DNA of 64,000 nucleotides, from the NCBI GenBank assembly GCA_024137785.1, contig JAHRHZ010000059.1, forward strand, positions 4,840,624 through 4,904,623. The letters are read 5' to 3'. This document shows, piece after piece, positions 25,528 to 37,959 of the stretch (positions are counted from its first letter, which is position 1; each line of letters begins with the position of its first letter). Below the pieces are notes generated by a model. The model had not been told where the DNA came from. It saw only the letters and a list, made by a program, of their open reading frames with translations, and did no database searches. This DNA is from Ginglymostoma cirratum (lineage: Eukaryota). The translations under genes were made by a program, and so were the position numbers.

Positions 25528-28500
25528 ATAAAATACACACTTCTTCTGCTTTAACTAAAAAAAAAAAACGACATCTCTCACGGTATTTGGAATAAAGAAG
25601 TCAGTTGTTAGCTTCAAGCCATTTTTCTAAACAATTAGAAAGCCCCAAACCCTTAAACCATGCACTGAATTCCCCAATTATGCTATTTTGTACCTTGCCC
25701 AATTCAGCTGTGTTTTATTGGGGGTTTCCAAAACAATACACACAATGCTCCAGACCAAGTCTGATTTTGTGTTATTCACTTTAATTTATTTCAACCCAAT
25801 ATTATATTTTTGGCAGCAAACATTAGCTGGATGGCACACAGGATCTATGGATTGTAACCCAAAATTCCCTTCCTCATCCATATCTGCCAATAGTTTTTAA
25901 AATTATTATAATTGTTTTGCATATTCCTTAAAAGAAATGATTTTACACTTGGACACAACCATATGTGCTGTGCATGCATTTACCACCAATCTTGAAGAGA
26001 AAACAAAATCTAGGTTCTCCAACAGATTCTACCCACTCTTCTCTTTAAATATTCCTGCTGTTATTGTAGCGTAGTGTATTCTGCTAACTTTCTGCTGCAA
26101 TTACTGCCAGCCTCTCCATCTTGTGAGAAAACATTGGACAGTATCAATACTGGCATTGAGCCTTCGTGATTTCATCACCCGTTCCACTCAACACATCCTT
26201 TTCACAGAATTGCTGTTTTGTTATCACTCACGTACAGTTTTGATTATGTTGCCTCAACCTGTATTACAGGGTACATTATGTTTTCATTTTTATCCACATC
26301 TCAATTTTTCCAAACGCATTAAGTACTCGGAGCCATTTCGTTCCAAATTTTCCACTGTCTTGACATTGGTCCTACTGTCTGAATATACTTAGCTACCAGG
26401 TCTCCCAGTCCTTGTAAAAGAAAGAATTTTACATCTGCTATTCTACTACTCTAATGTCATACCCTTTCAAGCTAACTCCAGCCATCTCCACTTTGGTATT
26501 GCTAACCATTCTGGAATTCTTGGGTGTATCCAGATTGACCTAGTGTTTTAATGACTTGGATTTTAGCCATGGAGCCAGCACCAAATAAAAGTTTGTCTTT
26601 TGACTGACCGAAACATCCATGTTCTGTAGCTTTTCTTCCCAGTTGTAAACGTTTAAAAATTGTTGTGTTTTAAAACATTTTGGCTACATCCACATCATCA
26701 AACAGAACTATATTTATTTATTTGTGATCAGACAGAATTTTTATTCTGCATATTTTAAAAATGCTTTGCTAGTTCTATATATTTTCTTAGCAATTTGATG
26801 CTCAAATACTTGTTTTGCTTAGCCAAGTACATATTTTCCCCACGAATCAGAATTACATATTCAGCAACTGTCTATTCAAAAAGTTCAGCTGGCACAAATA
26901 AAAACAGAAAATACTGGAAAAATAAACAAACAGCATTAGTTTTTCTTCACAAATGCAACCCGAGCTGGTTTATTCAAAAAAATGTATTCTTGTATTTTTG
27001 ACTTCAATTATCTTCCTACGCTAGAACTATTTAATGAGCTATTGTTTCATCCTTCCCATTCTACTCAGGCATACCTTCTGCTAAAATCCACCTTACCTAA
27101 CAACTGCTTATTGCCTCCACCCAGCCATCCTGAATCTGAAAGCATGTTTTCCCAGGAAGTTTCAAATCTCAACAGCTATAAACAATGCACCATTTATATT
27201 AGAATGGCAAATTTTCCCAGTCCTATCATGCAACTCTCTCTTCTGATCCAGAAATTTCACTCAAGAATTAGCTATTCAAGACCTTCATATCCAAAATGCC
27301 TCAGTTTAAAACAAGTTACTTCTGAATGATCGTTTCCTTTCTTTGAAATATCCATTCAAATATCACCTATAAACATTAACTATTTGTAGCAAATTCCCAA
27401 TCGAATTGTTTGATTTAATTCTGTTCCAATTGAGTTGGGCCAGAAGGTTTGCATTCGAAGTCCCACCTGACCCAGATGTGTCACAATTAAAATCTGTGCA
27501 ATTGATTCCATTCGCTCACTTGACAACCTGTTTGTGTTGCTGTCATTTATTCATTAGTGGGCATCATTGGCAGAGACAGCACATAATGACCATCCCCAAA
27601 TGCCACTGAGAAGGTGGTGGTGAGCTACCTTCTCAAACTATGGGTTTAAAAGGTAGCCTCAACTCCATTAGCAAGGGTATTCCAGGATTTTGATCCAGCA
27701 ACACTGAAGGATCAGTAATATATTTCAAAGTCATGTTGCCACCCTTGTCCTTCCAGATGTACATTTAGTGGTCATCAGGTTTGCAAGATGCTGTCACAGG
27801 AGCCTAGGTCAATTTCTGCAGCGCATCTTCTAGATGATGTATGCTACTGCTACTGGACAATGGTAGTGGTAGGTACAGAGGTCTGTGGACGTGGTGCTAA
27901 TCAAATGAGCTGCTTTAACATACGAGGGGCAGGTTAGGAGTTGTTGGAGCTGCATTCATCCAAGCACATAGGGAGTATTCCATCACACTCCCGATTGGCA
28001 CCCTGTAGATGTTGGGCAGACTTTGGTGAGTCAAGATGGAGAATTCACCTGCAAGGTTTAGCCTCTAACCTGCTCCTATAGCCACAATATTTATATGGTC
28101 AGTCCAGTTGTTTCTGGTTAATAGTAGACCCTCCCCCCTCCAAGATGTTGGCAGTGGGGGATTCAAAAATGGTAATACCATTGAGTGTTAAAAGTCAATG
28201 GCTCGATCTTTTGTTGGAGATGATTGTTGTCTGGCACTTCAGTAGCATTTGTTCCACATGTCACTTGGAGTGAAACCTCAAACCTGGATATTCTCTAGGT
28301 CTTGCTGTATTTGTACTTGGATGGTTTCAGTATCAGAGGAGTCACAAATGGTGCTGAACATAGTTCAGAGACCACATAACAAACATTCCCAATTCTGACC
28401 TTAATGATAGAGGGAAGGTTATTGATGAACCTGCTGAAGATTGCTGTGCCTATGACACTAAAGAATAACTGCAGGTGTCCTGGAACAGAGAACACTACCA

Positions 28501-28999
28501 CCAAACAACCAATCATCTCTCTTTGTGCCAGAAAAGTCTCAATCACCAGACACAGCCTTTTCTAGCTCTACCATTCTCTTTCTTCCCTCTTTTCCACCCT
28601 CCCCTCCCCTCCACTCAGTGGCTTGGTTTTTCTGGGGCTCCTTGATCTCACACTCAAAGGCTGGCCTTGATATCAACGGTAATTGTCAGCTTTGCCTCTG
28701 AAATTCATAGGTCTTTTATCCAGGTTTGAATTAAATTTGAGGACCATAATTAACTGAGGTCAGGAGATAAAGAAGTTGCCTGGGCTGGGGGAGGCGCAGA
28801 AACTGAAGCAGAGCATCTGCGAGCAGGTCTTCACTAAGCAAAGACCCGAGAGTAGACTAATGGGGCAGTAACTGGTTAGGTGAGATTGGTCCTGCTTCTT
28901 GTATACAGATCGTATCTGAGTGGGTAGGTACCAGCAGCATTGCTGCACTTGAACAGTTTGGCTAGGGACATGGTAAGTTCTGGAGCTCAAAATCTTCAA

Positions 29000-29036
29000 T
29001 TCTGAGGAAGGGGCACCGGACCCGAAACATTAACTC
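29000..29036 (+). ncRNA. Minimal type I hammerhead ribozyme-like motif (best-preserved copy, probably decayed)
   Basis: CTGAGGA-A-GGGGC-ACCG-GACCC-GAAAC-ATT-AACTC gives a CUGANGA box, stem II and a GAAA box. Sister copies restore GGGTC/GACCC and GTT. Confidence 0.6.
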
Positions 29037-29133
29037 AGTTTCTTCCTTCACAGATGCTGCCAGACCTGCTGAGCTTTTCCAGCAACTTTGTTTTTGTTCC
29101 CGATTTACAGCATCCACAGTTCTTTTGGTTTTT
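29001..29133 (+). mobile_element. Solo PLE end of 133 bp with an 8-bp TSD
   Basis: TCTTCAAT at 28993-29000 and 29134-29141. The insertion begins at the hammerhead core TCTGAGGAAGG. Confidence 0.8.
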
Positions 29134-29747
29134 TCTTCAATATTGTTGTTGGAATGTTGTCAGGGACCATAGCCTTTGTGGTATCAGATGTCTTCAGTGT
29201 TTCTTCATATTACAGAGTGAATTAAATTGGCTGATGACTCAAATCTAGGCTAAGGACCTCTGCAAGAGGCAGGGGTGAACCACCCACTCAACACTTCTGA
29301 CTGATGATTGAAGCATTTGCAACAGCCTTATTGTCTTTTGGATGGATGTGCTAGGCTCCCCCATTACTGAGGACGGGGATATTTATGGAGCCACCTTCTT
29401 CAGTGAATTGTTTAATTGTTCACCATTTTTGACTGGATGAGACATCTAAGTTCTGCAGTTATTCAGTCTGTTGGCTGTGGGATCATTTAGCTGTGTGTCC
29501 CCATCACTTGGTGCTTACGAAGTTTGGCAGGCAAATAGTCCTGTGTTGTAGTTCCACCTGGCTGACACTTATGTATGCCTGGTGTCGTACTCGGCCTGTC
29601 CTCCTGCACTCTTCATTGAGCTATGCAACTATCTGAATTAGTTCCTTCTTATCTAAAGAACTCCTCCCATTTATGACTTTCACTCTTACTGTTTCCATTA
29701 CAATAACAAAGTCCACCTCATCCGTTTCCACTAACCTAATTTTTGGC

Positions 29748-30325
29748 TCAGCCATGGGTTCAGTTAGTAAACACTTTTACCTGAGGCAAAAGATTGTGAG
29801 TTCAAGTCCAACTCTTAGACTGGAGTACAAAAGATCATAGCCAACACCTCTAGTACAGTACCAAGGAAGCGATGGTACCTCTAACAATAAAAACCAAAAA
29901 GAACTGTGGATGCTGTAAATCTGTTGAGGAAGGGTCACTGGACCCAAAATGTTAACTGATTTTTTTTCCTTCAGATGCTGCCAGACCTGCTGAGCTTTTC
30001 CAACAACTTGTTTTTGTACCTCTAACAGCATTTCTTTTGGATGAGGTGTTAAACGGAGGACCCACCTTCACTCTCAGGTGGATGTAAACAAGCCTTGCGC
30101 ACACTTTCGAGCAGAAGAGTTATCCCATCATCTTCACTAATAGTTACCCCTCAGCCAACAGCTGCAAAGAAATTCCAATCACTGCAGCGTTGTTAGTGAT
30201 GTGTAAAACTGACTGCTGCATTTTCTACACTACAAAAAGTACTAAACTTCAAAATTATTTCATGGGCCATAACCTGCGTTACGGTACCCACTGGACATGA
30301 AAAAAGGTGCTACATAAAAAGTCCT
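29748..30325 (+). mobile_element. Deu-domain SINE (SacSINE1/AmnSINE1-like) interrupted by a PLE mini-insertion
   Basis: tRNA-like head GAGTTCAAGTCC and Deu-like core GGATGAGGTGTTAAACGGAGG..CTCTCAGGTGGATGTAAA. The tail is GGTGCTACATAAAAAGTC. Confidence 0.65.
29887..30015. mobile_element. PLE mini-insertion with an inverted terminus and a 12-bp TSD
   Basis: GTACCTCTAACA at 29875-29886 and 30016-30027. The terminal 35 nt or so is inverted on the left, with the hammerhead-bearing segment on the right. Confidence 0.85.
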
Positions 30326-30911
30326 TTCCCCTCCATCTTCTCCCCACTAACATTGGTGTACAAACTGTCTTTCTGTACTATGAAATATTTATTTAGTCTC
30401 TTATCTGAAACTGCCTGATTATGTACATCTCATTTCTCTATTCCTTAGCACAAGAATACTTGTCTTCTCATCTCTTTTCGTTTGAAAAACACTTCCTATT
30501 GCCAGAAAAACCCTACTTGGTTAAGTTTTTAGATAACCATTTCTTTCAGCATTGTCCTGGGAAAAATAGGGATTTGCAGGAACAAAAATAGCTGTGTACT
30601 ACTTCTCCCAATCCAATCTAGTCACTGAATACCAAGCCCATGGTGGGGAACTTTTAAAAATCGGCTAATTGCCATTTTCATTTCCTCCCCACAATTAGTA
30701 CACCAGTAATTCTTCATTATCGTACTCACTTGAATCTTTTTCCTCTGTATCAAGACACAGAACATGTCTTTACAGTGTCACACCTTTCCAAGCTAGCCAG
30801 CTTCTCCACAAAGTGCAGCTCATAACTCTACATGCCAAAGAGCCCACTTCTATTAATTCTATCCTAAGTTTCATTCGCTTTTTTTTGTCTGCCATGAAGC
30901 AATTTCAAGAT

Positions 30912-31313
30912 AAAAACTGAAAGAACTGGAGATGCTGTAAATCAGGAACAAAAACAAAGTTGCTGGAAAAGCTCAGCAGGTCTGGCAGCATCTGTGGTAA
31001 CCTGTTATAATGAAAGGAATAAGCCCTAAAATGTTAACATGTGGGTGTGGGTGTGGGCAAGGGCAAGAGAGATACAGGGGTTTTACGTACATGACATGAA
31101 AATCAAGGAAGAAGAAATAGGAAGAGGAAAGATGTAGGGGTTAATTCAGCTTCTGTTTACACGTGTTGTTAAACTGAAGTTTTTTTTTCAAAACTTGAAG
31201 TTCTGAGGGTCACCGGACCCAAAATGTCAACATTTTTTTCCTTCACAGATGCTGCCAGATCTGCTGAGCTTTTCCAGCAAATTTGGTTTTGTTCCTGTTA
31301 TTGTTGTTGTTGT
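30912..31313. mobile_element. PLE inverted-end insertion enclosing captured DNA, 17-bp TSD
   Basis: TGAAGCAATTTCAAGAT at 30895-30911 and 31314-31330. The arms are 30912-30996(-) and 31201-31297(+). Confidence 0.88.
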
Positions 31314-32285
31314 TGAAGCAATTTCAAGATTTTGATCTTACCTTAGAGTGTCTCCCATATCCCATTTTATCTGACCAACTACCTCATTCACATTTACACC
31401 TTAAAACATATCTCCCTAATCTATTCTGCATCATTCTTCTTCGTCCCAAGAACCCTGATGTCAGTGGTCTCCATTTCCAAAAGTCTTCTAAAAGGCTCTT
31501 GGATATTCTACCAATGTGGTGTTCTTACTGGATATGTAAAACACTCAGGCATCATTTGTACACTTGAATTTGTGTACAAATTGTTGCCCGAGCTACAGTA
31601 TGACAAATCAACTGAGTGAAAAGTATTGAACCTTGCAAACACGTGGTTTTAAAACCAAACCGTTCTATTTTTGTTTTTTTTAAAATATTCAGGTCTCTAT
31701 TTAGGTTGTCTGCTAAACTCAGCGGCTCCAACTGTGAGACAGCATATAAAGACAATAAAATTAACACTTTTAAAATTGGCAAGTTTGTTATGAAGGGTTG
31801 ATAAAAAGTTTACTAAAAACTGTTGCTCCCAATGGCAGAAAGAAGGGGACACCAACCTTAAGTAAAATGTACAAGAAATGGTAGGGTGGGGAGGGGAGGT
31901 GAACCTGGTGAACCGAGTTTTTTTTTTAAAAAGAAAATCACATGCAGTATTTGCAAGGTAATGGAAGGAGATTTATGAGGCGTTGGTAACATACAAGAAT
32001 AACAAAATGCAGGGTTTTGGGGAAAACAGCAGGGAGATGGGAAAGGGTGTAGGCTCTTTCAAAAGAAATATTTATCCAATTACATTAAGGAAGTTAGATT
32101 TTCCAGTTAATCACCCTCCCAAACCCCCCATTGAAAAGAAGCAATTTCTGCTCCTGGAGCAATCATGCAGAACCCCTTTCATTAGGGGAATAAGATCAAT
32201 GTCGGTCTCCAATCACAATAACAGATGTTAGAAGTGTAATGTATTTTTGAGATGCTAAATTATAATGTATTCTGCAAGTTTTCTA

Positions 32286-32479
32286 GTTATAATGAAAGGA
32301 ATAAACCCCAAAATGTTAACGTGCAGGTGTGGGCAAAGGCGAGGGCATGACATACAGGGGTTTACGTACATGACATGACAATAAAGGATGAAGAAATAGG
32401 AAGAGGAAAGACGTGGGGGTTAATTCAGCTTCTGTCTACAGGTGCTGTTAAACTGAAGTTTTTTTTCCAGACTTGAAGT
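32286..32479 (+). repeat. About 195-bp segment duplicated in direct orientation at 31004-31201
   Basis: Both copies run GTTATAATGAAAGGAATAA..AAAATGTTAAC..TTTACGTACATGACATGA..GAAGAAATAGGAAGAGGAAAGA..GTTAATTCAGCTTCTGT..TGTTAAACTGAAGTTTT..ACTTGAAGT. Confidence 0.95.
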
Positions 32480-34226
32480 ACTTATGCCCTTATTCTAACA
32501 TCTGCAGCACTTCACACTCCCATTAAAAGTAAAATGCCATTTGAATGCTGTACATTTGCTCAGTATGTTCTTTAAAAAAGTGCTTAAACCTTCAGTACTG
32601 CTGAAAATATTGAGCTGAATCTTGCAGTTTAGGCCAAATGCAAGTTGCATCAAGTTTGGTGGAGTAACTCTTGCCGCAAGGCCAAGCAAGTGGGAGTTAC
32701 ATCTTATCAAACTCATCGCATTAAGTGGTATTTAATCCCTCATGGCATGCATCATGTCTGATGTCCACAACATCTTACTGAGCATCATTCATGGAGCAAC
32801 TTACCACTGAAAAGCATTTGTAGCTCCAGCACCATATTTAAAAGGCTACTGTGCACCCTGGAAGCATGATCAGCATGGAGCTGCCCTGCATGGTTTTAGG
32901 CTTTTGGCCCAAACAAGGCAGACAGGGACAGATAAACAGTGCCTTGTTTTGCAGGCCTGGTCTTGGAGCTCCTGAAGAATGGGTAGGCAGAACTTCCTCT
33001 TCTACTCCCCCTCCCAGGACCAATGGAGGCCATGACACCTGACCATGCCAGCCTGGTCAGAGGTTACCATCCATATTGGAGCGATCCAGCCATCTGGGGA
33101 GAATATTTAGCACTGAAGGAAGGTAGCCAATGGTGTTCTGCACTACACCAGCACAGGTGCCACCATTTCCCAAATATGTCAATCTCTGCTACTGCACCAC
33201 CTCCCACTAGTGCTCATTATCTACCACTAATGCAATGCAACCAATTCTATACTCACCCTCTCCCAATCCAAACTGGGGCACCACTAACTCTGCACTACCT
33301 ATTCACTCACTCAAGCAAACTGTTATCCTCCCTCATCTTCCAAACCTCCAGCCTCTCCATTATTCCAGAAGCAAAACATCCCACAATGGGGCAAAGAGTC
33401 AAGAAAACCAGTGTGCTACTGATCATTCAGCATCTTGCCCTTTACGATCAGAGGGTAATGACGGGAATCTTGCCTCGAACAGGGCCTAGACTCATTGGAA
33501 GTTTAGTCTGACTGATCCCAAGTAAAGGCTATCCCCTTGATGGGTAGCAGCCCAACAACTATGGCAAGCTTTCTGGTTCTGTGCTGGTGCTAAATGGCAG
33601 GGCAGGACTGATGGGTCAGTCAGATCAGTCAGTACCGCTGGACAAGGGCAATGAGGGTAATGCAAGGCTGGTGGGCTGGAACCAGTTAGGTTCAGAGTAA
33701 GTGAGCACTACGATAGTGAGTAAAGAGCCTACAGATGTAGCCTGGTCTATTCCAAGAGTTGGGTATGCATCGCTGAGCATAAGAGTGTCCTTGCTGTAAC
33801 ATTAATTGCAGGTCCACCTCAAGATATAGCACTGAAATGTAGAGCATCCTGCAGGTGGATCAGAGATGAGCCATAGGTTCAGAGGCTGGTCCATGTTGAA
33901 TACAATGTCCATAGATGGGTGGTGGATGGGGCCAGGGGCCAGGGTCCATGAAGCATGCTGGAGATACTGGCGCCCGATGTTCACCATGGAGGTCTTTTGA
34001 TGCAAATTACAAGCTGAATCCACCAACCATCCAGTTTAGTTTTCATGTCTGGGTTTCCCCCAAAGCTAGTTTGCAGATTTTTTTTTTTTTTTAAAAAACA
34101 TGTCTGAACGTTTACAACCTCATTCGCATCTTCTGGCCCATAGGTTGGGATGTTGCTGTGCCACAACACTGGCTAGTTTGTATGGAGTTTGACAAGATCA
34201 AACCCACGGCAAGTCAAACTGTTAAA

Positions 34227-34428
34227 GAGGAGATAGCAAGAAATGCAGATGCCGGAGTCAGAGTCAATATAGTATGGAGCTGGAGGAACACAGCAGGCCA
34301 GGCAGCAAGGAGCAAAAAGAGTTGATGTTTTGGGCCTGGAGCCTTCAGAGCTAAAGGGTCCAGGCCTGAAACGTCAACTCACTGCTCCTCTGATGCTGCC
34401 TGGCCTGCTGTGTTCCTCCAACTCCAGG
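34227..34428. mobile_element. Palindromic PLE mini-element with an 8-bp TSD
   Basis: CTGTTAAA at 34219-34226 and 34429-34436. The arms GGAGGAACACAGCAGGCCAGGCAGCA and TGCTGCCTGGCCTGCTGTGTTCCTCC meet at the hammerhead motif near 34345-34355. Confidence 0.85.
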
Positions 34429-35019
34429 CTGTTAAAACACCTTGTTAACAAGCATTAATGATACTCTCAAATGGGGCTCATTGCTCTGCTTGGGAAAAAC
34501 ATACAAGATGTGCTGAAAGGCTCTGATAGCACATTGTTAGTGCCCCTACGACTGAGCCAAGAGGCTCAGGTAAGTTTACTTATCCTGAACACAAGTCATA
34601 ACATTTTCAAACAGGCAGAATAAAACAATTACAAAGATGCAGCAAGATGACTTTGACGTCAAGATGGGCCTTACCAAACATCTTGCCCGGTTCGATCACT
34701 CATCATGCCTAATAATATTCTGTCCATTTTGTTGAAGCTTTTCATCTTGTGCAGGGGTTCCATGGCAATGTTACTACCAGAGTTTGCTTCCCAACCATTC
34801 TCCTCTCAATTTAAAATTGAAAAAAAATATACGATGTATTTGTTGTGCTCATCAGGACAACTTACAAGACAAAAAGCTTCAACAAAATGCACACATTTTC
34901 AACAATTACAGAATGTACATTGAAAAAATTTTTGATCTCTGTTGCAAACATGCCCAACTTTTATGCTCAAGTAACATGCTACCAGCATAAAGGCAAAATA
35001 TTGCCCGATAAAAACGGAA

Positions 35020-35203
35020 TTGCTACAGCACAGCTAGAAGCCATTTGGCCCATTGAGTCTGCACAGACCCTCCGAACAGCATCTCAACCAAAAACTCAGA
35101 TCCCTACCCTATCCCCACACTTACCATGCTAATCCACCTAACCTGAATATCTTTGGACTATGGGAGAAAACCCATTCGGACATGGGGAGAATGTGCAAAC
35201 TCC
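35020..35203 (-). mobile_element. HE1-type SINE fragment, followed by an inverted PLE end at about 35205-35290
   Basis: GCCATTTGGCCCATTGAGTCTGCAC..TCTTTGGACTATGGGAGAAAACCC..GGGGAGAATGTGCAAACTCC. Confidence 0.7.
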
Positions 35204-35509
35204 AGGAGATGCTAGAAATTGGAATCAGAGTGCTGGAAAAACTCAGTAGGGCCATAGCATCTGTGGAAAAAGAAACAGTTGATGTTTTGAATACTGCATG
35301 ACTCTCCACTGTCTGAATAGGTTGTTTTAAAATAACGCACAGTAGCACAGCGCAATTTAAAACTCTCCATAAAAATAAAGGTCAGAGGTGCTGAATTTTA
35401 GACAAGATTAGTTAAATGGAAACAAGGTGCAAGTGGAAAATAGAATTCTACTCCAAGGAGGAGGTGTTATCTCCTGACCAATTACATATTAAAAAAGTGA
35501 TCAAAGCCA

Positions 35510-36066
35510 GATTATTGGACAAGACATTGGTTAGGCCACTTTTAGAATACTGTGTTCAATTCTGGTCTCCCTGCTAATAGGGAGGAAAGGGTTCAGAGAA
35601 GATTTACAAGGATGTTGCCAGGGTTGGAGGGTTGGAGCTATATGCAGAGGCTGAATAGGCTGGGGCTATTTTCCCTGCAGCGTCAGAGGCTGAGATGTGA
35701 CCTAATAGAGATTTATAAAAATGAGAGGCATGGATTGGGCAAATAGACAGTCTTTTCTCTGGGAGTGGTGTTGTCCAAAACTAGAGGGCGTATGTTTAAA
35801 AAGGTGTGGGGAAAGATAAAGAAAAAAAGGACCCAAGGGCCAACTTTTGCCCACAGCGGGTGGTGAGTGTTTGGACTGAGCTGCCACAGGAAGCGATGGA
35901 GGCTGATACAATTACAACAACATTTAAAAGGCATCTGAATGGGTAATGAATAGGAAGGGTTGAGGGACGTGGGCCAAATGGGACTAGATTTATCTAGGAT
36001 GATAGCTGGTCAGCATGGACGAGTTGGACCGACGGGTTTGTTTCCACACTGTACACTATGACTCTG
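35510..36066 (+). mobile_element. CR1 LINE 3' end
   Basis: ERVQRRFTRMLPGLEGWSYMQRLNRLGLFSLQRQRLRCDLIEIYK, with the tail GTTGGACCGACGGGTTTGTTTCCACACTGTACACTATGACTCT. Confidence 0.92.
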
Positions 36067-36339
36067 TCCAGTCTTCACCATACAGCTGTTTGGGGGAGCT
36101 CGCAGCAGACTGTTACTTTTCCAAGTCACAACTGAAGTACACAATGAAGACTTTACAGTCAATGAAGTACTTTTGCATGACCTGAGAAGGCACGATATAA
36201 ATATACAACTTACAATAAATTCACACGCTGCAACTCAGGACAAAGATGTGTAACACGAACTGGGGTTACTTTTTACACCCGTGCTCATCAATCAGGTGAA
36301 AAATCAAACTCTTGGTTCTCTGGTGATGAACAGGTTAAA

Positions 36340-36720
36340 AGTACGTTCCCATTCGGTTTTTATTGTTGTTAAACCAGAGGACATTCGGCATTTTGGCTTG
36401 CTCCTGCCGTCTATCAACTTTTAAAATCAGCCCTTTTCTCTGTCCCCAGCCGTTTAGGGTGTACGTTTTAATTGATATTTGACAGAGGCTGTTACCTTCA
36501 AATGACAACCATTTGCCGCCGATCTGCTGCAGGCTCGGCTTCGACAAGGAGGCTCATCCTCTTGCCTCAACTTCCCGCCTCCCACTGTGTGCGCGCTCAG
36601 CCTATTACGTCTCGAGCGAGAGAAAACGGTTGGACACACACACACAAAAAGCCCAGTTTGAATTAACAGAGGCTCGAGCCACTTCACCAGGATACAGTTC
36701 ACCCAGGACTGGGTAGGTTC
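36340..36720 (-). promoter_or_regulatory. CpG-retaining zone, candidate AGPAT4 promoter or non-coding first exon (donor at 36495)
   Basis: Dense CpGs in an otherwise CpG-depleted window and no recognisable repeat. GC-box-like GGGAGGCGGG near 36574-36583 and a minus-strand donor TTTGAAG|GTAACA. Confidence 0.45.
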
Positions 36721-37959
36721 TGACAGTTAACTATCTTTTGACTGGTTCAGCATTTTGCGGTTTATACCTTTGAAGAGGTTAGAGACCCGAAATATTACCT
36801 CAGATTTCTCTCCAAACACCGTAGATCTGCGGAATTATTTTCCGCAGATTATTCCTCCTTAATAGTTGCTTTGAATGACTGTTTTTTCGTCTTCGCCCTT
36901 TATCTGGGCTATGGGTGCTGGACCATTAAGAGTTTTATCCCAGTTCCGTCTTCGCGACTCTACACCTACCAGATTTCCAGCTGGTCAGGAGCTTCAGTTG
37001 ATTCCTCCACCCTCTGGCCTGGAAGATTGTGGCCAGCCGACAAATTATACAACCATACCATTACCAACCCCAAAAAGTACTGACATACAAGCATTCTTGT
37101 CACAGCCTAGCAGCTGTGAAAACTTTTAAACTACTTTGTGATATTGTCAAGGAAATAGTTGAAGGTACAAAAGAAAACCGAGATTTGCATCAGAAGAGAT
37201 GTGACGTGACATTTTACAGGAATATTCTTTTGGGTTAAGTTTGAGACTGGAATGAAAACGTATCAAACAGGAGATAGCCTAGACCCTAACTTATCTTTTA
37301 AGGGCAAATGTAAGGTGCTACATCCCAGATATGATTTGATTAGTCGAACTATTCGGCTTTAAGGCAAAAAAAAACACTGCTTATGGTTAAAAATACAAAC
37401 AAAAAAAGAATCGCCTAACTAAACACAATAAATATATTTAAAATACTCAACTTTTCTAATATAGCAGCATCTCATGCACACACCTTTAGCAAGTGAGGAA
37501 AATATGCACTTTGAACCTAGCATCACAGAGAAAAAGCTGCATCAAGCAGCTTCAACTCAAACCAAATTTCAAACAACTGAAAGCAAAGCTAAATCCCTGG
37601 ATCTGGCAGAGCCCGACTCTACCCACTCATGCTTCTTTTTGTCTAAATTTTAAAAAAACCCAAAGATTTTATACTGCTTTCCATGAAGCAGACCTCAGCA
37701 CCAGGTTTACAACACCCTTCTTTTGGAGGAACAGAAGAGAATAAATCCCCTTTAAAAAGGGGCATTTCACAGAATGATTAAAAAAAGCTTTCAGCCTCAG
37801 TGGGTGCAAAAGGTAGCCTAAAATGAGGTGTTTACAGAACGTTTTGGGACAGCTTATTAAAATAGCACTTTCTGGAGATAACACGACTAGTAAAGTCTGT
37901 TTCTGGTTATGATGCAATGAGGTAAGACTGAAGACCCCTAGATAACAATAACCATGTTA

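Larger units (their letters stand above)
27545..29630 (-). mobile_element. LINE of the second CR1-like lineage, long decayed copy interrupted by a PLE end
   Basis: Complementary to 24073-24917. RT remnants include FSRFINNLPSIIK (28295-28546) and SYCPISLLS (28760-28999). Confidence 0.8.

Noticed and set aside
29040-31300. CRISPR-like or tandem array (recurring CAGATGCTGCCAGACCTGCTGAGCTTTTCC)
   Set aside because: The copies are irregularly spaced, in both orientations, and each has its own TSD. They are independent PLE ends in a vertebrate genome.
34227-34428. Pre-miRNA or DNA-transposon MITE
   Set aside because: The arms are PLE 3' ends, asymmetric in length, and TSD length varies between loci. 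Small-RNA production cannot be judged from sequence alone.
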